A stretch of 64,000 nt of DNA from Candidatus Latescibacterota bacterium (GTDB lineage Bacteria; Latescibacterota; UBA2968; UBA8231), in the NCBI GenBank assembly GCA_965217585.1, contig OZ244561.1, forward strand, positions 6,016,001 through 6,080,000. The letters run 5' to 3'. The notes beneath the pieces were generated by a model. That model made no database searches and was not told the DNA's origin. It saw nothing but the letters and a program-made list of their open reading frames with translations. Each line of letters opens with the position of its first letter. The stretch's first letter is position 1. The position numbers and the translations under genes are program-made. This document shows, piece after piece, positions 54,136-63,539 of this stretch.

Positions 54136-55485
54136 CTAAGGCTTTCGTAATTCCACCACAGCTTCATGGAGTTGGTGGGCGTCTTTAGCCTTGGCGACTC
54201 GTACATCGGACTTAATGATGCTGTTGCCCACGCGAGTGGCTCTAGGTATATGGATATCTACTAGTTCTAGGCCGGCGGCCTCAGCGATCGTACCCAGAAA
54301 GCGATCCGTAGGCACCATTATCCCTTGCAGGATGCTGTTGCCGATCACTACCAAGGCTGTCCCTCCTGGCTTGAGCGCGTAATGGGCTGATTCGGAGAAG
54401 CGGTAGCAATCGTTGAAGTACGAGGCAGCGTAATTAGCCCAGCCGTTGCCGCCGTACACGCCTTTTTCCGGGTGTTTTTTCCGCAGCGTCTCTAAGCATC
54501 CTTGGATTTCTGAATCATCTAGTTCAAAGCTGAGCCCCACGCATTCCTGATCTCGGACCGTTTGCCAGAATTTGCCGAAATTCTGCTCTTCCAGCGGTTT
54601 GAGGTCGCGGGGGGCCTCTGCAAATCCCAACCAGTAGAGGTGAGGCCGGGTATTGCGGTTGTAGTGATAGTTGTTCAAATAGGGGGGCGAGGTGATGAGC
54701 ACATCTACTGAATCGGCGGCAAGGTGATCCTTGCAGGTAAAGAAAGACTCGGGAAATACCTCGTTGTCGGGATGTGCGCCGTTCAACTGTCCCTTCATCC
54801 ACTCGATATCCTGGGCCATATCCGTGAGCTTCTGGGCAATCGTCTCTCCCACGGGAAAATCTTCAATATCAGCTTTGCCAGCCGTAGATCTGCGGCCCAG
54901 ACTCGGCTCATAGGAGTAATTTGAGTAGGTGATCATGGTCGCCCCAAAGGCAACCCGAAAGAGGTCTTGCAACAGGCCGTCTTCTAGGTCTGCTATGAAA
55001 TCCTGTACGCCGAGCACTTTGTGCAGCACTTTGGGGCTATAAAATACGCCTCGGGTTTTAAAACCTGGGGGTGGGGTACTGTGTGGTATGTAGGCGTCCT
55101 TGGACGCCAATTCGTAGAATGTCCAGAACTTGGTGAGCATTGCCCGCACGGTCTGTGGATCGAGGGTACAGGCGTTCAGCTTGGTCCGGCAGGCTAGCGC
55201 CGCATAGGGATTGATCTCAAATCCTAGGGCATGATGTCCTGAGAGGATGGCTTCGACCAAGGTCGTCCCTACTCCGGCGAACGGATCGAGCACCGTCCCC
55301 TGAGTTGGCAGATAGCGCTTAAGGGCGTCTTGGACAAACTGCTGAGAGTATCCGGCAATCCACGGTACCCAGCGGTGGATGGGAAGACGCTTGTTGCCGG
55401 AAAAGGCCGGGTCGCTGAAGATTGAGCCGTTATTCGCCGCGTCCTTCCCATCGAACAGCGACGCCTGTGATACTCTATGCTCCAT
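54136..55485 (-). CDS. DNA N4-cytosine methyltransferase (alpha-type motif order), no adjacent endonuclease
   Basis: Motif I 'VLDPFAGVGTT' precedes motif IV 'ITSPPY'; 'LKPGG...VIGNS'. Confidence 0.85.
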   Translation of the reverse strand: MEHRVSQASLFDGKDAANNGSIFSDPAFSGNKRLPIHRWVPWIAGYSQQFVQDALKRYLPTQGTVLDPFAGVGTTLVEAILSGHHALGFEINPYAALACRTKLNACTLDPQTVRAMLTKFWTFYELASKDAYIPHSTPPPGFKTRGVFYSPKVLHKVLGVQDFIADLEDGLLQDLFRVAFGATMITYSNYSYEPSLGRRSTAGKADIEDFPVGETIAQKLTDMAQDIEWMKGQLNGAHPDNEVFPESFFTCKDHLAADSVDVLITSPPYLNNYHYNRNTRPHLYWLGFAEAPRDLKPLEEQNFGKFWQTVRDQECVGLSFELDDSEIQGCLETLRKKHPEKGVYGGNGWANYAASYFNDCYRFSESAHYALKPGGTALVVIGNSILQGIMVPTDRFLGTIAEAAGLELVDIHIPRATRVGNSIIKSDVRVAKAKDAHQLHEAVVELRKP

Positions 55486-55560
55486 CCTGACCCTTTCTTA
55501 GCCTTTATCAAACATTGTCAGAATCCCATGAAACCTCGTCAACCCTTGAAGGCATTTATA

Positions 55561-56610
55561 TTACCAGTCTCGGCGGCCGACGTACAGGCTCCGATTGGTC
55601 ATTGGGAGCGCGACGCGTTGCCCGCCCAACCGGTGCGATTCGATCATGCCCATCAACATCTCCTGGCTCCGGCGAGCGAGGTGAACCGGCCCCTTTGTCT
55701 CGCGGTCTGTATCAATCGCCTCTGCGATGTCCGCGATGCCCATCACCGTTCCGGTGGTGCGGGGTACGTCTGGGAACGGTACCTCTTCAAAGAAGGTGTG
55801 GCTCTTTTTGCGGAATTGGCATTCTCGGCTGTTGTTGAGGATGCGGATCTTCCCTGCGCTACCGCAGACCTCGAATTCGGGGCCGGTGCCCGCCGTGTTG
55901 TAGCCGTGGACGCCATTGGCAAAACGGACGTAGCCACCGGTAATCGCCGGATCGACGTCCAGCCGATTGCCATCCCAATCCGAATCTCTACAGACGATGG
56001 TTCCCTGGACGAAGTCGACTTCCGGGTCGCTGGCGAGGAAGAGCAGCATATCGGCGGCGTGCGTCAAGCCCCAGAGGGCCGAACTCGCGCCGTATTGCGC
56101 GATCGTGCACTGGATATTTCCGATTTCGCCGGCATCCACCAATTCGCGTACCTTGCGATAGACCGGCATATAGCGGCGTTGCGTACCGTAGTTGAATTTG
56201 ACCCCGTACCTTTGGACGACATCGACCATCGCATCCGCTTCCTCCATCGAACAGCAGAGCGGCTTTTCGCAGTAGATGCCCTTGACGTCGTTTTCAGCGG
56301 CGAAGACGGTGATGTCCGCGTGCGGCCCGGGCCGGGTGGCAATGCAGACGATGTCCGGCTTCTCCTTTTCAATCATCTGTCGATAGTCGGTGTAGGCGCG
56401 CTCGGCACCGTAGCGTTGTCGTATGGATTCCGCTTTCTCGGCGACCACGTCCGCAACCGCGACGAGGTCGGTTCTGTCGCAGGCGACCGCGGCTGCGGCG
56501 TGCGAGAACGGTTGCCACAGATAGCGATCCGGACGGCCTTCGACTTCGTCGTCAATTGTCGCGCCCATCCGTCCACATCCGATCAGGCAGGCTCTGTAGG
56601 TGCGCGGCAT
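55561..56610 (-). CDS. Gfo/Idh/MocA family oxidoreductase
   Basis: 'CLIGCGRMG', 'PDIVCIAT', 'IYCEKP'; AAGGAG RBS before ATG 56610. Confidence 0.88.
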   Translation of the reverse strand: MPRTYRACLIGCGRMGATIDDEVEGRPDRYLWQPFSHAAAAVACDRTDLVAVADVVAEKAESIRQRYGAERAYTDYRQMIEKEKPDIVCIATRPGPHADITVFAAENDVKGIYCEKPLCCSMEEADAMVDVVQRYGVKFNYGTQRRYMPVYRKVRELVDAGEIGNIQCTIAQYGASSALWGLTHAADMLLFLASDPEVDFVQGTIVCRDSDWDGNRLDVDPAITGGYVRFANGVHGYNTAGTGPEFEVCGSAGKIRILNNSRECQFRKKSHTFFEEVPFPDVPRTTGTVMGIADIAEAIDTDRETKGPVHLARRSQEMLMGMIESHRLGGQRVALPMTNRSLYVGRRDW

Positions 56611-56624
56611 AATTTTCTCCTTTG

Positions 56625-58082
56625 TCAACTACCGGTGTAGAGTTTTGAAAAGTACGGTCTAAAACCAGCAGGGCCCGGGTACCCGTCCCAGTATTGGGCA
56701 TTGGCGGGCAGTTCGCCTTCGCCGCCGTTGCGGAGCCAAGCGATTAATCCAGGGTCCGTGCCGCGGCGTTCGAGTTCGTCAATTGCGGCGGCGTGCATTT
56801 GGGTGACGATCTCTGGATGCGCCTTCTCAACGCAATCCAACGAACCGAGTCGCGCCAAGCGCGAGTGTTCCGGCTTTGCGGCGACTTCGAGGCTCCAGGT
56901 TTTGTCAAAGGCGGTAAAGAGGACGAAGTTCGGATTCTGCCCGGCTTGATTCCAGCGTTCGAGGCTCCCACCTGCCAATGCGAGCTGCCGTTCGCCAGCT
57001 TCACCGCGCCGGGCGGGGGTTAAAATATCATAGCCCTCAATGCCTTCCGGTTCCGTTGCGCCGAGGAGCGCGAGGATCGTGGAGAAGAAGTCTTGCGGTT
57101 GCACAATAACATCGCTCCGTCCAGTATCGCCATCCGGCATTCGGATGAAGAGCGGGACATGCGCTTCGGCCTCGCGCACCGGTTGCCCTTTGCCAAAAGT
57201 GCCGCGCTCACCGACGTTGGTGCCGTGGTCACCGGTTAAGATGACTGCCGTGTTCCCGTCGAGCCCGGTGGATTCGAGCGCGTCCAAGAATTGCCCAAAA
57301 CAGTGGTCCATCCAGGTCAATTTCGCCGGGTATTGCGCTTTGATGTGTTCCTTCGCCTCGTCGGGGAGGTCTTTGTTGTTCCGCCCGCCGAAGAGGCTGC
57401 GCGGGTCAACGCGCCCATCGTAGTCCGGCCGCGCGTCGTACTTTTTCATAAACTCGCGCGGTGCATCCCACGGTTCGTGGGGATCGAAACAATCCACCCA
57501 GAGGAAGAAATTCTCGCGCTGCGCATTGTCTTTGAGGAATTGGGCCGCGCTCCTGAACAACTTTGCGCAGTTCCAATCCTCCGGTTTTTTGCGGTTGCGG
57601 TTCGCCCGGGCGTAGGTCTGGAGGAGCCCATTTCTCGCGGTGTTTTCGCCGAGGCATGCAAACATCGGTTGGTGGTACCAGTTGTCCGGCCAAGCCGCGG
57701 AATCGTCGATCCAGTCGCGATCAACTTCAGCCCCACGGATGAACGTCCACGCGTGAAACGGCCAATCGAAGTTGTGTCCGCCGTTGACGAGGTGTGGGGT
57801 ATCGTGGAGCAGTTGCGTGGCATAGCCGCGTTCGGCCAGCGTCGAGGGGAGGGTCTGTCGTTCGTGTCGCAGCGGCTGCCACGGATGGAAGGGGTCCCCG
57901 TACTGACCGGTTATGACATCAGTCCGGTACGGGATCGTTGGGAAGCTAGCGCAGAAGGCGCGGTCAAATGCCCATGCTTTCGATGCAAAACGGTCGATAT
58001 TCGGCGTTTCGATCCAGGTATTGCCGTTTGCACCGATATAATCGTAGCGGAGGGTATCAATTACAATAAGCGCGATATTCAT
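56625..58082 (-). CDS. Sulfatase / alkaline-phosphatase superfamily hydrolase with Thr at the nucleophile position
   Basis: 'IVIDTLRYD', 'PTIPYRTDVITG', 'FDPHEPW', 'TGDHG', 'HVPLFI'. Confidence 0.85.
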   Translation of the reverse strand: MNIALIVIDTLRYDYIGANGNTWIETPNIDRFASKAWAFDRAFCASFPTIPYRTDVITGQYGDPFHPWQPLRHERQTLPSTLAERGYATQLLHDTPHLVNGGHNFDWPFHAWTFIRGAEVDRDWIDDSAAWPDNWYHQPMFACLGENTARNGLLQTYARANRNRKKPEDWNCAKLFRSAAQFLKDNAQRENFFLWVDCFDPHEPWDAPREFMKKYDARPDYDGRVDPRSLFGGRNNKDLPDEAKEHIKAQYPAKLTWMDHCFGQFLDALESTGLDGNTAVILTGDHGTNVGERGTFGKGQPVREAEAHVPLFIRMPDGDTGRSDVIVQPQDFFSTILALLGATEPEGIEGYDILTPARRGEAGERQLALAGGSLERWNQAGQNPNFVLFTAFDKTWSLEVAAKPEHSRLARLGSLDCVEKAHPEIVTQMHAAAIDELERRGTDPGLIAWLRNGGEGELPANAQYWDGYPGPAGFRPYFSKLYTGS

Positions 58083-58163
58083 TTTTTTCAGCTCCGTTTT
58101 GCGTCAGGGGTTTCTGGATCGAGTCGCGTGCTGCGGAAGGTGTGGAACGGTAGGCGACCTGTC

Positions 58164-59150
58164 TCAGGTGCGCGGCCACGGAGTGGCGATGGAGAATTCC
58201 TTTGCCACCTCCTCAAGTCCCTCGACTGCTTGCGCTGAAATCGGCACGCCATCCCGGCGGTACTCGGTTTCTCGCTCTAGCTCCTTGCCGCCGGGTAGGA
58301 AGGACTCGCTGAAGCTGGGCAGTGGCTTCATGCGACTGGTCTCGTCCATCAGGTGGTCCACGTCGGCCTTGAAGGCATCGAGATCGGAAAAGCAATTCAC
58401 ATCCATGGCGAGGAAGAAGCCCGATTGATCTGCGCCTGTGAACTCGACGTTGCCGCGCGAAAACTCCTTTAGCATCTGCCCTCCCAGCGTACCCGACAGG
58501 ATATTGCCCACGTGCGAAATGCCGATGGCCTTGATGAAAACCGGCGGGTACTTCAGGAAGGTCTCGTCGTCGATCGCGTAGTGGCTGGCGAAGTCGAGCA
58601 GGAAGGTTGGTTTGCCCTCTCCGCCCGGCATGCCGAAGGCCAAAGGTGGGCTGCCCTGGATGGAGCCCCGGATTGTCGCGTCGCGATCGTAGTGGTCGGA
58701 GGCATTGCGACCGGAGGTGGAGATGCCGATCAGGTCTGCACGCATGGCCATGCGCGCGTAGTTGCCGGTGCTGCCAAGATGAGCATGGTAGGTTGAGGTG
58801 GTCGCGCCGATCCCAGCCTCTTGGGCCTTGGCGATAGCCATTTCCATGCCCTTGGTGGCGACGAGGTAGCCGAGGCCACCGTCGCCGGAGAGAGCGGCGG
58901 TGGTCGGTCCTTCCTTGAGTACGCGGATTTGCGGATTCGGGTTGACGGTGCCGTCTTGGAATGAGCGGACGTAGCGATTGACTTGGAGGGTGCCGTGGCT
59001 GACGACGCCGCGCAGATCGCATTCGACCAGTTTGCCGGCGATGAGCCGAGCGTGATCTTCCGGGATCGGCACTGCCTCGAAAATATCGACGACCAGTTGC
59101 TCAAGGTCGGTGACGGCGACGCGGATGCCGTCGGTAGGGGGTACGTTCAT
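58164..59150 (-). CDS. Ldh_2 family oxidoreductase (malate/L-lactate/L-sulfolactate dehydrogenase type)
   Basis: 'DLRGVVSHG', 'GDGGLG', 'AHLG', 'PPLAFG', 'LLDFAS', 'LPGGKE'. Confidence 0.85.
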   Translation of the reverse strand: MNVPPTDGIRVAVTDLEQLVVDIFEAVPIPEDHARLIAGKLVECDLRGVVSHGTLQVNRYVRSFQDGTVNPNPQIRVLKEGPTTAALSGDGGLGYLVATKGMEMAIAKAQEAGIGATTSTYHAHLGSTGNYARMAMRADLIGISTSGRNASDHYDRDATIRGSIQGSPPLAFGMPGGEGKPTFLLDFASHYAIDDETFLKYPPVFIKAIGISHVGNILSGTLGGQMLKEFSRGNVEFTGADQSGFFLAMDVNCFSDLDAFKADVDHLMDETSRMKPLPSFSESFLPGGKELERETEYRRDGVPISAQAVEGLEEVAKEFSIATPWPRT

Positions 59151-59343
59151 AAGTGTGCTCCTTTTATTCGGTCAATTTAGCCGATATACCCTGAACGGGA
59201 AGGCGCGCCGCAGCGCCGAGTTGAAATCGTCCCGCCGAGCAGTGTGGAGTTTATATTTTGGCGCGGACTCTTCGTCGCACTAAGTTTCACGCCAGCATCG
59301 CGTCTTTGCAACCCGTCTCAATCGCTTTCGAGAAAGGTTCCTT

Positions 59344-60819
59344 ATGAAACGCATCCTTTTGGCCAAGTTCAACCACGAAGTCGGCAGCTTTAACCCCCAG
59401 CGCACCTATTATAGCGATTTCACGATCCACCGGGGGGCAGACCTGCTAGCAGCCACCCGCTCGTCCAATTCCACGCTGGCCGGCAATATCGACGTTCTCG
59501 AAGCCCGCCCCGACGTCGAACTGGTTCCCACGTACGGGGCTTGGTGCAATACCACCGGCGGCTTGGTCGCCGGTCCCGATATGGAGCGCCTCATCGGCGA
59601 ACTATTGGCCGCTATCGAGGCCCACGCCCCGGCCGACGCGGTCTGTCTGTCGCTGCACGGGGCCATGGCCGGCGAAACCGAAGTCGATCCCGAAGGCCGC
59701 GTCGCGTCCGGCATTCGGCAAATCGTCGGGGACGTGCCCATTGTCGCGGCCATGGACTTACACGCGGTCATCTCGCAACGGCTGGTCGATGCAGCCGACG
59801 CCTTGATCTTTCTCCACACCTATCCGCACACGGATATGCGCGACACCGGCCAGCGTGCGGCTCGCTTGCTATTGCGCCAATTGGACGGGCACGTCAAGCC
59901 CACCATCGCCCGCGTGCCCATCCCGCTATTGGCCCGTGGCGACGAACTCATCACCGCTAGCGGCTGCTTTGGCCAAGCCATCCGCCGCTGTCAAGAAATT
60001 GAGGCATCTCCAGGCGGTCTGGCCGCTGGTGTCGTTATTGGCAACCCCTTTACCGACGTGCCCGATTTGCAGTCCAACGCGCTGGTCGCCACCGACGACG
60101 ACCCCGCCCGAGCCCAAGAGCTGGCTCTGGAACTGGCCCGTTTCATGTGGGAAAACCGCCCCTACTGGATCCCCAGACTCACCTCCCTTGAACAAGCTGT
60201 GCGTCTGGCCGAAGAGACCGAGGGGCTCACGGTGTTCTCCGACGCCGCGGATTCTACGGCCTCGGGTGCCAGCGGCGACAGCAATGCCATTCTCAAGGGC
60301 CTGCTTCAATGCAACTACAGCAAGCGCGCGCTCATTCCCATAGTCGATGCACCTGCGGTGGAAGCCGCCTACCGAACTGGAGTAGGGGGCCAGTTTACTT
60401 GGCCCTTGGGCGGTACTATCGACCCAGAGCGCTTTGCGCCGGTGGAATTGCCCTTGTACGTCAAAAGCCTGTCCGACGGGGCCTTCACCACCGAATTCGG
60501 GTATGTAGTGCCACCTAGTCGCACCGCCATTTTGACCAGCGGCAAGCTCACGCTGTTGGTGACTCAAGAGGCTGCCCCTATCGTCGGCCGCAAGGTGTAC
60601 CAGAGCCAGGGGCACGATCCGGCCGACTACGACTTAGTCGTGTGCAAATCGCCCAATGGCTTCCGAACCCACTACCAGGCCATAGCCGCTCGCATTGTCG
60701 CGGTGGACGTGCCTGGGTCCACTAGCGCCAATCTCAAAACCTTGCCTTACCAGCACTGTGTGCGCCCCATTTTTCCGTTGGACGACGGGGTGGTGCCGCC
60801 TTTTGCTGAGGCCGGCTGA
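59344..60819 (+). CDS. M81 family metallopeptidase (MlrC-like)
   Basis: 'HEVGSF', 'LSLHGAM', 'DPEG', 'DLHA', 'YPHTD', 'FTDVP', 'VRPIFPLD'. Confidence 0.88.
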   Translation: MKRILLAKFNHEVGSFNPQRTYYSDFTIHRGADLLAATRSSNSTLAGNIDVLEARPDVELVPTYGAWCNTTGGLVAGPDMERLIGELLAAIEAHAPADAVCLSLHGAMAGETEVDPEGRVASGIRQIVGDVPIVAAMDLHAVISQRLVDAADALIFLHTYPHTDMRDTGQRAARLLLRQLDGHVKPTIARVPIPLLARGDELITASGCFGQAIRRCQEIEASPGGLAAGVVIGNPFTDVPDLQSNALVATDDDPARAQELALELARFMWENRPYWIPRLTSLEQAVRLAEETEGLTVFSDAADSTASGASGDSNAILKGLLQCNYSKRALIPIVDAPAVEAAYRTGVGGQFTWPLGGTIDPERFAPVELPLYVKSLSDGAFTTEFGYVVPPSRTAILTSGKLTLLVTQEAAPIVGRKVYQSQGHDPADYDLVVCKSPNGFRTHYQAIAARIVAVDVPGSTSANLKTLPYQHCVRPIFPLDDGVVPPFAEAG

Positions 60820-60833
60820 TCTACAGGAACCCC

Positions 60834-61097
60834 GTGCAGATCGAGGCTCTCCCCGAGCGCGTGGACTTTGTCTTTGTAGATTTTGGCCTGCCCGCATTTG
60901 CGCCCATGTTCACCATGCTGGAAAGCCGTTTGGTGCCAGGGGCGTTCCTCTTTGTCGATGGCTGGTCCAAAGTCGAACAATGGGATCAGAATCCGGAGTG
61001 GGCCGCCTTTAGAAACCGCTTAGACGAGACTGCCGATTACCTGACCTACATCCTGTCTTTGGAGAAGTCGCACCTCATTGCCCTTAAGCTGTCCTGA
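60834..61097 (+). pseudogene. C-terminal fragment of a class I SAM-dependent methyltransferase
   Basis: 'LPERVDFVFVD...LESRLVPGAFLFVDG' resembles O-methyltransferase strands 4-5; no N-terminal SAM-binding motif and no room for it after the upstream stop. Confidence 0.5.
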
Positions 61098-61416
61098 ACA
61101 CCGAGGCCAACCGGGTACCACGGAGACATCGCCGTAGAGGCCGTCCCTTGTGGAGGCCTCACATCGCACCTGGCCCATAAGATCGCATAGGGACTGCCCC
61201 CCTACAGGTCCGATGCCCGACATCAGCGAATGTACGGCCTATGGCGGTCGCCTGAGGATCATCGCCGCCCTGAGCGCTCTGCTCAGCGCCTTGACAGTGG
61301 GCCCCCAAAGGTGCCTTATTTTGTCTATATGTAATACGGCTGGACATATGAGATGACATTGTTGAGTTGGGGTGTTATCCTAGCGAAAGATATTCACGCG
61401 ATATCGAGGAATCGAC

Positions 61417-62619
61417 ATGGCTAAATTGTTTATAGACGAAGGCATCACTAGAGAAGAAATCCAGGCTGAACGGTTCGATGATATGGAGGAGGATTCTGAC
61501 ACAGACGCGTCGGAGCAAGAGTTCCGGGACGCCGCACTTCAGATTGTCGTTCAACGGAATGACTTCCTGCTTCCGAATCTCATCGATATGCTGAAGACTC
61601 ATAAAACTATGGAGGTTTCGCCTTACTACCAACGCCGGGCCCGATGGGACACTGAGCGTAAATCCAAATTGATTGAATCTTTTTTGGTAAACATTCCGGT
61701 GCCACCAATTTTTCTGTATGAAAATGAATTCGCTAGATATGAGGTGATGGATGGCCAACAGCGGGTTTCTGCCATACTGGAGTATTTTGAAAATCAATTC
61801 GCACTTCGAGGACTTGAGATACTGGACAGCCTTATCGGAAAGCGATTTCATCAGCTTCCGAGAGAGATTCGAGCGGGTCTTGAGCGTAGGTCCTTGTCTG
61901 CCATCATTTTGTTGAAAGAAAGCACCCCTTCTCAGGAATCAAAGGTTCACCTACGAAAGTACGTTTTTCAGCGGTTGAACACGGGGGGAGTTCGGCTTAA
62001 TGGGCAAGAGGTCAGGAATTCTGTGTACGCAGGCTCATTTAACAATTTGTTACTCGAATTATCTAGGCATCAGTTGTTCACAAGTATGTGGGATATTTCT
62101 CCCTTTGAGCCAGATGAAAGTGTCCAACCTAGCACGAAACTTCGCAGAAATGCTTTGTTTCGACAGATGAGAGATGTCGAGCTAGTCCTACGGGTTTTTG
62201 GGTTGCTGGATCCAAACAACATTGTTGGTGGTATGCGAAGCACGCTTGACAATGCTATGCTAAGGTACTCAGAAGCCAGCGAATCTAAACTGCATCAGCT
62301 AAAGACGATATTCTTGGACGCGCTCAGATTGGCCCATGCGATCGGTGGCGACGATGCGTTCCGCTTGCTTCCTTCTAATTCCAAACGCGGTCGCCTCTCG
62401 GCCTCTCTTTTCGATGCCATGATGGTTGCTTTGATACGAAAACTAAATAGATCAGAGCGAATTAAAACTTACTCTGCACAAATCAATGACTCGATCAAGG
62501 CGGAGTTGAATAAACCCGAGTTCCACGAACTAGTTGTTGGCAGAGCTAACACACGAGAGGCTACAATAAAACGAGCCCAATACATTGAGCACTTGATCGA
62601 ATCTGTGATTGGGTCGTAA
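61417..62619 (+). CDS. DUF262 (GmrSD N-terminal / ParB-like) domain protein
   Basis: 'PYYQRRARW', 'SKLIES...IPVPPIFLYE', 'VMDGQQR', 'FQRLNTGG'; GAGG RBS; AT-rich. Confidence 0.9.
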   Translation: MAKLFIDEGITREEIQAERFDDMEEDSDTDASEQEFRDAALQIVVQRNDFLLPNLIDMLKTHKTMEVSPYYQRRARWDTERKSKLIESFLVNIPVPPIFLYENEFARYEVMDGQQRVSAILEYFENQFALRGLEILDSLIGKRFHQLPREIRAGLERRSLSAIILLKESTPSQESKVHLRKYVFQRLNTGGVRLNGQEVRNSVYAGSFNNLLLELSRHQLFTSMWDISPFEPDESVQPSTKLRRNALFRQMRDVELVLRVFGLLDPNNIVGGMRSTLDNAMLRYSEASESKLHQLKTIFLDALRLAHAIGGDDAFRLLPSNSKRGRLSASLFDAMMVALIRKLNRSERIKTYSAQINDSIKAELNKPEFHELVVGRANTREATIKRAQYIEHLIESVIGS

Positions 62620-62640
62620 AGTGCGTTATGGCCGAGCCTG

Positions 62641-63393
62641 ATGCAAGTAGCACTCGATGAATTTCTGGGTCAAGTCAAGTTAATCGAAGGAACTATTGAG
62701 CTTCGTGATAAGCTCGAAGCTTTCGGTCGGATATCTTCTAGAAATTTCGATCCCACAACCAAGGCGCTTCACCGCTCGGTGAGACGGATTAGACTCTCAG
62801 GTATGCAGCCGAGTCTAGACGGTTCTGTTTTGTTAATCGTAGCTGCATTTGAGCAATTCGTTTCGGATGTGATGATTGAGTTTGCGGCGGAATTGCCGAA
62901 CAAAGTCTCCGTCTACGAAGAGTTACCCAATGCAATTCGGTCAGCAAACGAACGTTTGACTGGTGAAGCTCTTAGTTCCCGTCGCTCTAGGTTCGATCAA
63001 TACTATTTGCAACGATTCGTTACCAACCTTAGAGATTGTCAGGCAGGTGTCGTCCCTTATGTTCTCAATGGAGAGGCGATAGCACTTAATGATCGTAACT
63101 TGACAGCAGGTAGGCTGAAAGAACTGATTAGTCGTCTCGGAGTCCAAGATATATGGACAGTGGTTGCATCCACGCAGAGTCTTAAGAGATGGTCAGGGCG
63201 GGGTGGAGCCAAAGCCGCGGAAGCTCGTGCTAAGAATCAACTTAATGAGCTTATTGGTAACCGAAACCGGATTGCCCATGGAGTTGAGAGCACGACGCTC
63301 GGGCCCGAAGTGATACGTTCGTACATACAATTTGAACGAGTCTTAGCACGGTCTTTGGTGAAAGGGCTTAAAGATCATGTTGTCTCTTTGTGA
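62641..63393 (+). CDS. HEPN domain protein (MAE_28990 / RiboL-PSP type)
   Basis: N-terminal 'VLLIVAAFEQFV' helix with conserved Glu and C-terminal RxxxxH 'RNRIAHG'; 21 bp after the DUF262 gene. Confidence 0.8.
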   Translation: MQVALDEFLGQVKLIEGTIELRDKLEAFGRISSRNFDPTTKALHRSVRRIRLSGMQPSLDGSVLLIVAAFEQFVSDVMIEFAAELPNKVSVYEELPNAIRSANERLTGEALSSRRSRFDQYYLQRFVTNLRDCQAGVVPYVLNGEAIALNDRNLTAGRLKELISRLGVQDIWTVVASTQSLKRWSGRGGAKAAEARAKNQLNELIGNRNRIAHGVESTTLGPEVIRSYIQFERVLARSLVKGLKDHVVSL

Positions 63394-63478
63394 TGCGGCC
63401 CACTTTTTCATCTGATGTATTCTCCCTAACACAACTATTTTGGGGTCAGGGCTACTACAATCATGCAAAGGTGCGGAT

Positions 63479-63530
63479 TGGGAGAATCAGGACAGCGAGC
63501 TCTCTTAAGTAAGTTGTCCTGATTCTCCCA
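63479..63530. terminator. 16-bp perfect hairpin between convergent genes (terminator or REP-like)
   Basis: TGGGAGAATCAGGACA (63479-63494) / TGTCCTGATTCTCCCA (63515-63530); no clear U tract. Confidence 0.55.
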
Positions 63531-63539
63531 TCACTGAAC

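Noticed and set aside
55477-58238. 387-aa and 315-aa plus-strand ORFs
   Set aside because: Antisense to well-supported oxidoreductase and sulfatase-fold genes.
59344-60819. Microcystin degradation (mlr) cluster
   Set aside because: Only an MlrC-like M81 peptidase; no mlrA, mlrB or mlrD neighbours, and the family is widespread.
61417-62619. GmrSD type IV restriction enzyme
   Set aside because: No C-terminal DUF1524/HNH motif; the partner gene is HEPN.
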